Source: Sulfuricurvum sp. (GTDB taxonomy: Bacteria; Campylobacterota; Campylobacteria; Campylobacterales; Sulfurimonadaceae). Taken from it: a DNA stretch of 52,892 bases. The DNA lies in assembly GCA_028713245.1 (NCBI GenBank), contig JAQTOQ010000001.1:1-52892 (forward strand), read 5' to 3'. Shown piece after piece: positions 28,836 through 37,291 of the stretch (its first letter is position 1; every line of letters starts with the position of its first letter). The notes under the pieces are model-generated. The model did no database searches. It was not told where the DNA came from and saw only the letters and a list, made by a program, of their open reading frames with translations. Position numbers and translations under genes: made by a program.

Positions 28836-29906
28836 ATGAAACCAACACCTTGGATAATAAAGTTTTTTCTATTTTTAACGCTTGGCTTGCTCATTATGGG
28901 TGTTGTAAACTTTATGTTAGATCCGTTTCAACAATACAGAAAAGCTCAATTTTACAAACCTATTTATGATAATGAGCGTTATTTGAACCCTGGATTAGCC
29001 AAAATCTATGAGTATAAACAGGTGATTATTGGATCGTCTATGACAGAAAATTTTATACTCTCGGATGCCAAAGATATTTTAGGGTTTAACAAACCGATTA
29101 AATTTTGTATGTCCGGAGCAACTGCTTATGAGATGAGAATAATGTTAGATTGCGCATATCAGCATCGCAAAATTGACGCCGTCATCTATGGGCTTGATCT
29201 CTTTTCCTTTACAGGAAATACAACACGCCTGTTTCAAGGGGATGGCTCACTTCCTTTTTATTTGTATGATAATAATCGCCTAAACGATTATCGCTATCTT
29301 TTGAGTTTTGATACTTTTAAATTTTTTGTGGATTCTTTTATACTATCAAAACCGGCTGTAACGTTTGATTTTAACCGAATGTATCAGTGGCAGCATAAGT
29401 TAAGTGAAAGTGCCTTTAATGGAGCCGATCGCATTATGGAATGGAAACTAAAAGAGGGATTCAACCCAGATTATCATGGCGATGAGTATTCGCTTGTAGC
29501 GATGAAAGCAAACATTGACGTTAATTTGATTCCTATCGTTCGCAACCATCCTGAAACAACTTTTTATATTTTTTATCCTCCATACTCAATACTTGCGTTC
29601 AAAGATATGCAAAGCAAGGGATGGTTAAGTACAGTACAACAATTCAAGCAACATTTATTTACCCAGTTGGCTCAATATCCAAACGTGAAAATATACGATT
29701 TTCAAGTATCTGAAGAGGTTACCTGCAATCTTGATAATTATAAAGACTTGCTCCATTATCATCAACGGATCAATACATGGATGTTAAAACAGATGCAAAA
29801 TGAAAATTATCTTACGAAAGATAATGCTGAACTTGAAAAATTCAATCGATCTTTGTCTACAAATATTCAAGAGTGTGTAACGAAAATTTATTCCAAGCAA
29901 AAATAA
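28836..29906 (+). CDS. Membrane-anchored SGNH-like partner of the MBOAT (AlgJ/PatB/DltD-like)
   Basis: N-terminal TM with DP motif, IIGSS (catalytic Ser-type), YPPY, YKDLLHY (DxxH); immediately follows the MBOAT. Confidence 0.7.
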   Translation: MKPTPWIIKFFLFLTLGLLIMGVVNFMLDPFQQYRKAQFYKPIYDNERYLNPGLAKIYEYKQVIIGSSMTENFILSDAKDILGFNKPIKFCMSGATAYEMRIMLDCAYQHRKIDAVIYGLDLFSFTGNTTRLFQGDGSLPFYLYDNNRLNDYRYLLSFDTFKFFVDSFILSKPAVTFDFNRMYQWQHKLSESAFNGADRIMEWKLKEGFNPDYHGDEYSLVAMKANIDVNLIPIVRNHPETTFYIFYPPYSILAFKDMQSKGWLSTVQQFKQHLFTQLAQYPNVKIYDFQVSEEVTCNLDNYKDLLHYHQRINTWMLKQMQNENYLTKDNAELEKFNRSLSTNIQECVTKIYSKQK

Positions 29907-29955
29907 AAATACTTTTTATCAGAAACACCACACAATGATAAAGTAATTAAAATAT

Positions 29956-30396
29956 CTATTCGTTGTCCTCTTTATGTGCATTAATAAATGCATCCACCAA
30001 GAGGGTGAGGGAGTCAAGCGTATTTTTATAAGGATCGCTGTACCCTTCTATAAACTGGCTGTCTAAATAGGTATAAGCAAAAGTCCCTATCTTCCCCTTG
30101 CGCTTTGTGATGACATCTTCTCCAAGACCCACTTCCGTATGAATGGCTTGTGTCCCTTCTATCTCCAGAGCATCGATTTTTACGACAAAAACAGGGGCAT
30201 CCGTTTCTTCCAAGAGAAAACCTCCATTTTTTAGCTTTTCTGTGAGCATTTTCTTTAGCATGGCTTCTTGATCCTGATTCAGAAAATCGGTCTGATTCGA
30301 GAAGTAAAGAGTCAATGAATGGACATTATCAAGCGTATAGAGTGAGGCTGAAAAAAGTGAACTTGAGAGCAATAGTACTAACAATATTTTTCTCAT
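29956..30396 (-). CDS. Hypothetical exported protein
   Basis: Signal peptide MRKILLVLLLSSSLFS; coupled to the upstream thioredoxin-fold gene. Confidence 0.7.
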   Translation of the reverse strand: MRKILLVLLLSSSLFSASLYTLDNVHSLTLYFSNQTDFLNQDQEAMLKKMLTEKLKNGGFLLEETDAPVFVVKIDALEIEGTQAIHTEVGLGEDVITKRKGKIGTFAYTYLDSQFIEGYSDPYKNTLDSLTLLVDAFINAHKEDNE

Positions 30397-30830
30397 TATT
30401 TTTTCCTCACCTTATAGAGACTCACAGCATCATTCATGTTTTTTATAAACTCGTCCGGTTTCATGTAGGCGACCGTTTTTGTCAGGACTTTGCGTTCTTT
30501 AGGTTCAATAAAAAATACTACAGGAATGACGGGAGTCAGAAATTCTTCGGGATACGTTCCTTGATCTTTGTATTTATCGATGACAATGCCCACAAAGTTT
30601 TCATTGACTTTTGTCATTACGGTAGAATCCTTGAGCGTTTTTCTTTCAAACTTTTTACACCAAGGGCAATAATCGGCTACAACTACCAACATGACGATTT
30701 TGTTTTGCTCTTTGGCCGTTTTAATAGCCATGTCATAGTTTCGTAAATACTTTACTTCAGCAGCAAACTCATCGATTTGAGCTGCATAGATGAAGCTAAA
30801 CAGGGTTAGTAGTGTTATTAAAATTTTCAT
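30396..30830 (-). CDS. Periplasmic thioredoxin-fold protein (SoxW/DsbD-gamma-like)
   Basis: Signal peptide, CPWC active site, PVVFF cis-Pro region. Confidence 0.85.
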   Translation of the reverse strand: MKILITLLTLFSFIYAAQIDEFAAEVKYLRNYDMAIKTAKEQNKIVMLVVVADYCPWCKKFERKTLKDSTVMTKVNENFVGIVIDKYKDQGTYPEEFLTPVIPVVFFIEPKERKVLTKTVAYMKPDEFIKNMNDAVSLYKVRKK

Positions 30831-30902
30831 TTTATACCTTTATTTGAGTGCTATTTGGAAATTTAAGCCCCAAGTCTTTTTAGAATAGTTGGCAATTATA
30901 GC

Positions 30903-30943
30903 TCAAGACTGCTGAACTAAGACGAGCTTTCGAATGCGTTTGA
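30903..30943. repeat. Diverged third copy (C) of the 42-bp repeat
   Basis: TCAAGACTGCTGAACTAAGACGAGCTTTCGAATGCGTTTGA; about 30/42 matches to copy B with one gap, same orientation. Confidence 0.65.
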
Positions 30944-31069
30944 GGTAAGATACTTTTTGGAATCAACAAAAAATGAGGTACTAGCGGAAAACTAATGTGT
31001 CTATAAAGCGGGGGTTATTCTCTGAATATCAAATAAAGTGCTACAATATTAGAAATTGTGGAGGATAAC

Positions 31070-31690
31070 ATGAAACAGTTACTATGTATTGCTGCAGTAG
31101 CAGGATTTTTAAGTACAGGGGTAAGTGCGGCCAATTATGATATTGGGATCTCTGGTTCCGATCGGGGAATTGATGGTTTTAGTCTCTCAGTCGGGAATTA
31201 TTACAATGTCCCAAGACAGGAGATTATGGTGATTGAACGCTCTATGCCTCGTGAAGAGATGAGTGTTGTCTACTACTTGGCGAGCCGATCGCACAGAGAT
31301 GCGCGTTTTATTACGGATTTACGTCTCAGTGGAATGAGTTGGTGGGATATCAGCTTTCGGCTAGGTCTTGATCCTCGTACCCTATACGTCGTTGAGAGCC
31401 GAAGGCATTCAGGCCCACCATACGGGCAAGCTTACGGATACGATAAACATAATAAATATCGTTTACGTGATTCTGAGATTGTGGATCTTGTGAATGTTCG
31501 TTTTCTATCTGATTATCATCATATCAGTGTAGATGATGTGATCGATCGCCGACGCACAGGAGAGAATTATAATAATATCAATGAACATTATCGTGGCAAC
31601 AAAGATCGTTCTGAGCGTCGCGAAGAACGAAAAGAAGATCGACGTGATGATCGAGGCGACAAAGGACACGGTAATCCGCACGAGCGTTAA
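31070..31690 (+). CDS. Hypothetical exported protein with charged low-complexity tail
   Basis: GGAGG RBS then ATG 31070; signal peptide; C-terminal R/E/D/K-rich stretch. Confidence 0.8.
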   Translation: MKQLLCIAAVAGFLSTGVSAANYDIGISGSDRGIDGFSLSVGNYYNVPRQEIMVIERSMPREEMSVVYYLASRSHRDARFITDLRLSGMSWWDISFRLGLDPRTLYVVESRRHSGPPYGQAYGYDKHNKYRLRDSEIVDLVNVRFLSDYHHISVDDVIDRRRTGENYNNINEHYRGNKDRSERREERKEDRRDDRGDKGHGNPHER

Positions 31691-31692
31691 TC

Positions 31693-31752
31693 TTGGATGA
31701 TTTAGGAAAAACGGTGTATTGGCAGCAGTGTTGGTACCGTTTTTTCATCCAA
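31693..31752 (+). terminator. Probable intrinsic terminator hairpin
   Basis: AAAAACG...GTATTGGCA-GCAG-TGTTGGTAC-CGTTTTTT (G-U-rich stem plus U tract), outer TTGGATGA/TCATCCAA. Confidence 0.55.
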
Positions 31753-31817
31753 AATCTATAGGATAATGACAAAATGTGTTAGAATTAGTACCAAGACTCT
31801 ATTATTCAAGGTTAATC

Positions 31818-32090
31818 ATGCTTTTTAATCCCACCCCTATGGAAAAACTCACATCGCTAGCGGATGATCTCGTAGCTAAATACAATGCAGCCAAAGAAGA
31901 AGTTGCAATTCTTCGTGAAAAACTTGTGACATTGCATGCTAATCAGGAAGGAAAAGATGAAGAGATTAAACGTCTTGAAGCTCTTTTGCGCAATAAAGAT
32001 GCAGAGCTGAGTGCTAAAAATGCCGAGCTGGCTGAAAAAGACACTGAAATAGAAGCGATCGTTTCAAAAATCGAAAGTTTATTGGGATAA
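31818..32090 (+). CDS. Coiled-coil protein, ZapB-like
   Basis: All-helical heptad pattern ending IEAIVSKIESLLG; AAGG RBS before ATG 31818; upstream of a ZapA-like gene. Confidence 0.6.
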   Translation: MLFNPTPMEKLTSLADDLVAKYNAAKEEVAILREKLVTLHANQEGKDEEIKRLEALLRNKDAELSAKNAELAEKDTEIEAIVSKIESLLG

Positions 32091-32093
32091 ATC

Positions 32094-32315
32094 GTGAACG
32101 TCAAAGTCTCTTTAACGCTCAATGCAAAGCGGTACGATATTGATGTTGAAGAAGATTTTGCCCATTTTTTGACAGGGCATATGAAGCATGATTTTCAAAT
32201 TGATGGGAACAACGATCTTCGGGCGCTTCTACAAGCGTATGTTCGCAATAACTTTGCATTATACACGCAAGAAAAAGAAATTATGGCTTTGGTCGATCAG
32301 CTTCAAACGATTTAA
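32094..32315 (+). CDS. Small protein, ZapA-like
   Basis: N-terminal beta hairpin KVSLTLNAKRYDIDVEE followed by helices, as in the ZapA fold; pairs with the coiled-coil gene. Confidence 0.5.
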   Translation: MNVKVSLTLNAKRYDIDVEEDFAHFLTGHMKHDFQIDGNNDLRALLQAYVRNNFALYTQEKEIMALVDQLQTI

Positions 32316-32349
32316 TTCCCTCCACTAAATGAGAATCTCATCTAAGAGA

Positions 32350-32628
32350 TTATCGCTCATCTTCGTCATCCTTTAATGGTTTTAGCAGTGTCTGCATTTT
32401 TTTTTGAATTTGGTTTTTGATTGACTCCTCGATACTTTTATTGGTGGATTTGGTATTTTGTATAGCAGTCTCTTGAGGGTTTGAAGTGAGGGGTATCCAT
32501 TTGACTGATTGGTCTTTGGTAGCATTTGTGGTGGTCATACCAAGAGACGTTTGTTCTTGGAAAGGTTCCAGCGCATGTCCATTTGCAATAATGATACAGA
32601 CAAGAACAAAAAAATAAAAATTTTTCAT
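32350..32628 (-). CDS. Small hypothetical exported protein
   Basis: Signal peptide; starts 8 bp after the kup stop; T/Q/K-rich. Confidence 0.55.
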   Translation of the reverse strand: MKNFYFFVLVCIIIANGHALEPFQEQTSLGMTTTNATKDQSVKWIPLTSNPQETAIQNTKSTNKSIEESIKNQIQKKMQTLLKPLKDDEDER

Positions 32629-32636
32629 CGTAACCC

Positions 32637-34457
32637 TTAAATTTCTGCTCGACGGGCAACACCGATTAGCTTCTCATGGGGGAAATTGTAAAAGCTTACA
32701 AAATTAGGGGATAAGTCTTTGATCATTGCAAAGATTTTCCATATGAAGTTATTAGAAATAATCTCCTCGTCTCCATAAAAAATAGTTCGTTCGTTGATAT
32801 TTCTTCCTCGTAAGATGGCATCGACATTGAGAGTTTCCATATAGCCCGCTTTGATGCTTAGCAGATCCAATCCTTCTGCAAGTGGTGCGAGATGACTGGT
32901 CACTCCATGCGGATCGTATGAGATGTAAATGGTAACGATAATATTGTAATCGTACATAATACCGTTTTGAAACATCGTTTTAGAGATGTAGGCTGGAATA
33001 GTGTGTGCATGGCGGGCAAAGAACAAAGCTGTCCCATTAACGTGCTGCCCCATGTTATAGCGTTGAGCATATTCAGCTATAAAAGGCTCTTTTTCAATAG
33101 AAGCGAGCGAAGCATAGAGTCGTTTTTGCCCTTGTGTGTATAAAATGACAATAAAAAGAGGAACCGAAGCGATGATGAGTGACCAGTATCCTCCATGTGG
33201 AATTTTGAGCCAGCAAGAGGTGAAAAAGATAAAACTCATAACTCCTACAATAATGGAAATAGCCATTTTAAAATAGTATTTTTGATACATAAAGATGAGG
33301 CTCATCAAAATACCGGTAATACTCATTGCTCCTGCAACAGAGAGCCCATAAGCTGCGGCTAATTTTCCTGATTCTTCAAAGATAAACAGCATAGCAATAA
33401 CGCAGACAAATAAAAACCAATTTACTGAACCGACATAAATTTGACTGCGCATTTCATTGGAGGTATAGCTGACATTAAAGTGAGGAAAAATGCGGGTTGT
33501 CATCGCCTGATAAAGAACGGCAAATATTCCACTGATCATTGCTTGCGAAGCGATTACGCTGGCCATAATTGCTAAGACAAGCATGGGTATATACAGCGAT
33601 GGGATAAGAGAGTGAAACATTGCAAAGAAAGGGTCTTTTACTGACTCAGGATGAGAAAGGAGGAATGCCCCTTGTCCGTAATAGCATAGGATTAATGCTA
33701 CGGATGCGAAAACCCATCCTTTAAGTATCGGGAGGCGTCCTAGGTGCCCCATATCAGCATAGAGCGCTTCGCCACCCGTGGCACACAAAATAACATCGGC
33801 AAGAACTACAAATGCGATAAAAGGGTGCTTTATGATGAATTCAACAGCATACCAAGGGGAGATAGCTTTAAGCACTTCGGGAGATTCCCATATGTAATAG
33901 CCGCCGCCCAGCGCGAGAAGAAAAAACCACACAACCATAATAGGACCAAAAACGTTGGCAACTTTTTCAACTCCTTTTTTCTGAATAGCGAAGAGGGAAA
34001 ATGCAATTCCTGAGGCAATGATGAGGAGGAACATTTTTGGCGTCGTTTCATAGCCAGGGATGAGATGAATCCCTTCAACGGCACTGAGGATACTGATAGC
34101 AGGGGTTATAACACCGTCTCCTATCATGAGTGAAATTCCGATGTAACCTAAAAGCGAAACGAAGCCTGCCAAACGAGCACTTTTGAGATGCGGGAGCAAC
34201 AGCTGGACAAGAACAACAGTTCCTCCTTCTCCGCGCTTTGAAAGACTGGTAGCAAGCCATGCGTACTGAACCGTGACGAGCATTGTTAGAGTCCATAAAA
34301 TAAGTGAAAGGATTTGAAAGATTACTTCCGGTGAGGGTTTGACAATGAGTAAAATAACGGCGAAGGTATAGATGGGGCTCGTTCCGATGTCTCCGTAAAC
34401 GACGCCCAGTGATTTAATCACCATCATTTCATTTTTAATGTGTTCTTTGAGGGTCAT
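32637..34457 (-). CDS. kup: KUP/HAK/KT potassium transporter
   Basis: LGVVYGDIGTSPIY, GEGG, GDGVITPAIS, GGEALYADMGH, IASQAMISG, AAAYG, GYME. Confidence 0.95.
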   Translation of the reverse strand: MTLKEHIKNEMMVIKSLGVVYGDIGTSPIYTFAVILLIVKPSPEVIFQILSLILWTLTMLVTVQYAWLATSLSKRGEGGTVVLVQLLLPHLKSARLAGFVSLLGYIGISLMIGDGVITPAISILSAVEGIHLIPGYETTPKMFLLIIASGIAFSLFAIQKKGVEKVANVFGPIMVVWFFLLALGGGYYIWESPEVLKAISPWYAVEFIIKHPFIAFVVLADVILCATGGEALYADMGHLGRLPILKGWVFASVALILCYYGQGAFLLSHPESVKDPFFAMFHSLIPSLYIPMLVLAIMASVIASQAMISGIFAVLYQAMTTRIFPHFNVSYTSNEMRSQIYVGSVNWFLFVCVIAMLFIFEESGKLAAAYGLSVAGAMSITGILMSLIFMYQKYYFKMAISIIVGVMSFIFFTSCWLKIPHGGYWSLIIASVPLFIVILYTQGQKRLYASLASIEKEPFIAEYAQRYNMGQHVNGTALFFARHAHTIPAYISKTMFQNGIMYDYNIIVTIYISYDPHGVTSHLAPLAEGLDLLSIKAGYMETLNVDAILRGRNINERTIFYGDEEIISNNFIWKIFAMIKDLSPNFVSFYNFPHEKLIGVARRAEI

Positions 34458-35875
34458 GATGCTTCTTTGAGTGGGATAAATTGATTGCGTGAACGAAAAT
34501 AGAGATAAAAGGGTACACCAAGTGCCATTAATCCAAGCCCTGTGAGTGATTCAAGTGGGCGGCTGTACACGGCATTGATGACGATAACAAAACAGCAGAG
34601 TAAAAAGAGCACGGGGACAACGGGATAGCCAAATGTGAATGTTAATTTACCTTGCATTTTCAATCGGATAACGGCGATGGCGCCAAGGCCGTAAAAGATA
34701 AATGCGGCAAAGATAAGCATGTCGGTGAGCTGGTCGAAAGTACCGCTTATGATGAGCAATGATGCCCATATCATTTGACCATACAAAGAGATATGCGGAG
34801 TGCGAAACCGTTTGTGAACATGGGCAAAGGGTTTGAAAAAATAGCCTTCTTTGGACATTTGATAATAGACTCTTGCCGCAGACATCGTACTCGCCTGTGT
34901 TGCCCCAAATGTCGAAACCATAATCAAGATTGAAATAACAGTGACTCCAATGGGCCCCATGACGATTCCTGCAACCTCCACGGCAGCAATACTGCCTTCT
35001 TGAGTTTTGAGATGAGCAAAATCAGCGGGAGTTAGGACTTGTAAATAGGCGTAATTGGCCATAAGATATAAGAACATAGTCAGTGCCGTTCCGATGATAA
35101 TGGCTCTGGGAATATTTTTGGTTGGATTTCTGAATTCACTGGCCATATTCGTGATGTTTACCCATCCGTCATATGCCCAAAATGCCCCAAGCATGGCGGT
35201 AAAAAAGGCGCTAATGTGCAACAACTCACTGGCCTGAACCATGTGAACAGTAGGGATGACCGATGTTGGAGCGGCCGGATGCCCTGAATAACTGAGTCCT
35301 AAAACGATAAGAAGCAAAATACCTAAAATTTTTGCACTGGTGACGATATTGCTAAGCCATCCTCCACCCTCAACCCCGCGAATGTTGAAAAGAGTTAAAA
35401 AGAGCAAAGCGGCAATCGCAATGAGCTTAATAGTGGCATTTTGAAAGGGAAAAAGAACCCCACCAATACTATAGGAGCTGTAGGCTTCCAAGATCGGAGG
35501 TATATGGGAAAGATTTCCAAGGGATTGGGCAAAAACATAGGCCATGGAGGCGATGGAAGCGGTGCTGATAACGGTAAAGAAACTCCATCCATATATAAAA
35601 CCAAAAAAACCTCCGAAGACATTTTTGAAGTATTGAAATTGTCCTCCGGCTTCTTTGGTGGTAGTTGCAAGTGAGGCAAAGCTAAATGCCCCCAGCATCG
35701 TGATGAGACCAGCAACAACCCATGCCCATAGGATGAGCGGTCCATCCATAAGTTCTGCGGACATAGGGGTGATTTTTTTAAAGACTCCAGAGCCAATCAT
35801 GTTTCCGGCGACGAGTAGTATTGCAGTTCCAAGCCCTAGGACCTGAAGAAGGGAAGGCTCTTTTTTAATATTCAG
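34454..35875 (-). CDS. APC-family amino acid permease
   Basis: GNMIGSG, AGGQFQYF, WAYDGW, NPTKNIP, FRTP motifs; frame stays open upstream of ATG 35800 to a CTG at 35875, adding the family TM1 segment. Confidence 0.9.
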   Translation of the reverse strand: MNIKKEPSLLQVLGLGTAILLVAGNMIGSGVFKKITPMSAELMDGPLILWAWVVAGLITMLGAFSFASLATTTKEAGGQFQYFKNVFGGFFGFIYGWSFFTVISTASIASMAYVFAQSLGNLSHIPPILEAYSSYSIGGVLFPFQNATIKLIAIAALLFLTLFNIRGVEGGGWLSNIVTSAKILGILLLIVLGLSYSGHPAAPTSVIPTVHMVQASELLHISAFFTAMLGAFWAYDGWVNITNMASEFRNPTKNIPRAIIIGTALTMFLYLMANYAYLQVLTPADFAHLKTQEGSIAAVEVAGIVMGPIGVTVISILIMVSTFGATQASTMSAARVYYQMSKEGYFFKPFAHVHKRFRTPHISLYGQMIWASLLIISGTFDQLTDMLIFAAFIFYGLGAIAVIRLKMQGKLTFTFGYPVVPVLFLLCCFVIVINAVYSRPLESLTGLGLMALGVPFYLYFRSRNQFIPLKEAS

Positions 35876-35886
35876 CTAAAAACCTT

Positions 35887-36510
35887 TTAAAGCAGTATTT
35901 GTAAACGTATAATACCAAAACGACCAAACTGCTCTTCGTAATAATCGCTGCGTTTTTCATCGATCACAGTAAAACCTAGTTTTTTGTACATCAGTTCAGG
36001 TTCAACAGAGCCGATTTCGACCATGGCTTGTACTTTACGGTATCCCTTGAGACGTGCTGGAAGCATGCTTTTCGTAATGATCTCTTTGTAGGTTTCAATA
36101 CTCTTGTATTCCTCCTCAACCATGAGAAAGTCCAACACCCAGGTTTGATTGTCAAAGTCGGGTTCACAGAGTAAATATCCCGCAATGCGCTCATGATAGC
36201 TCTCATCGATTCCGATCTCTTCGAGTGCTCTTGCGAACGCATCATGCGTAGCGATGCGGGGTTCATAGGCACAGATGGCACCGACGCTAACACCTGCTGA
36301 TTCGGCGATAAAAAAGTTGGAATAATGGCAATAACTTTTAGTAGCGGTTGTCGCAAGGCGTTTGATGTATTCCAGTAGTGCAGCATCATCAGAAGCTTGA
36401 AAGACAAAGTCAAAAAGTCCCACTTTCTTTCCGGCACGAGAGCTGAAAAGTATAGCTTTGCAAATAATCACGGTATCGGACTCGGTCGCTTTTCGAACGG
36501 TGACTTTCAT
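35887..36510 (-). CDS. GNAT-fold acetyltransferase-like protein
   Basis: VRKATESD start, FFIAESAGVSVG, WVLDFLMV, MYKKLGF; acetyl-CoA-binding motif A is degenerate. Confidence 0.7.
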   Translation of the reverse strand: MKVTVRKATESDTVIICKAILFSSRAGKKVGLFDFVFQASDDAALLEYIKRLATTATKSYCHYSNFFIAESAGVSVGAICAYEPRIATHDAFARALEEIGIDESYHERIAGYLLCEPDFDNQTWVLDFLMVEEEYKSIETYKEIITKSMLPARLKGYRKVQAMVEIGSVEPELMYKKLGFTVIDEKRSDYYEEQFGRFGIIRLQILL

Positions 36511-36583
36511 GCTCTATCCCTCTGACGAATTTTTCATTATGCTATACTACATCACTTTAAAATAAACTAAGGCGATTCATTTT

Positions 36584-37267
36584 ATGTCAAAAATTAGGGT
36601 ATTAAACCTTTTTATGATTCTTATTCCTGTGGTAGGATTTGGATCACAACAGCTTGTAGTGGTGCTGTCTAACGATATGAATGCGACATCAGGTGTTATG
36701 ACGCGGTATGAAAAGGGTACGGGTTCTTTTACGGCTATTGGGACGGATATTCCTGTAATGTTAGGACGAAACGGGCTTGGATGGGATAGCGGCGCAGAAC
36801 CGTTAAAGAGAGAAGGTGATGGAAAGAGTCCTGCGGGTGTTTTTGATATTGTTTCGACGTTCGGGGAAGATTCAACTCCTAATTCCCGTATGCCCTATTG
36901 GTTTGCGGACGATAAACTCATTTGTATCGACGATATTAATGATACCAAATACAATACGATGAGCCGTTTAGACCCCACAAATCAACCCAAAAGTTTTGAG
37001 CTAATGCGCCGTCATGATGCAGTATATCGCAACGGTGTAGTGATTGATTATAACCGGGAAGGCGTTAGCGGTCGGGGATCTTGTATCTTTTTTCATCTCA
37101 ATCACGCAAATAAGCGACCAACGGCAGGGTGTACTGCGATGGAGGAACAGCCATTATTGGAGCTGATTCATTGGTTGGATCCGGAAAAAAAACCAAAATT
37201 ACTGCAAATACCGAAAAGTGCATGTGAACAGTATCAAAAAGAGCTTGTGGGAATAAAGTGTGAATGA
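36584..37267 (+). CDS. L,D-transpeptidase (YkuD-like) family exported protein
   Basis: GRNG, KREGDGKSPAG, GSCIFFH...PTAGC catalytic His/Cys motif. Confidence 0.8.
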   Translation: MSKIRVLNLFMILIPVVGFGSQQLVVVLSNDMNATSGVMTRYEKGTGSFTAIGTDIPVMLGRNGLGWDSGAEPLKREGDGKSPAGVFDIVSTFGEDSTPNSRMPYWFADDKLICIDDINDTKYNTMSRLDPTNQPKSFELMRRHDAVYRNGVVIDYNREGVSGRGSCIFFHLNHANKRPTAGCTAMEEQPLLELIHWLDPEKKPKLLQIPKSACEQYQKELVGIKCE

Positions 37268-37285
37268 TTTCCCCGAAGGGAATCA
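37265..37285. terminator. Hairpin between convergent genes
   Basis: TGATTTCCC-CGAA-GGGAATCA. Confidence 0.5.
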
Positions 37286-37291
37286 GAGTGA

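Noticed and set aside
24052-30943. CRISPR array or integron interpretation of the repeated 42-mers
   Set aside because: Spacing is kilobases and irregular, there are no cas or intI genes, and no attC-like RYYYAAC...GTTRRRY palindromes were seen.
32316-32349. 6S RNA expected downstream of a zapA-like gene
   Set aside because: Only 34 bp separate the genes, too short for 6S RNA.
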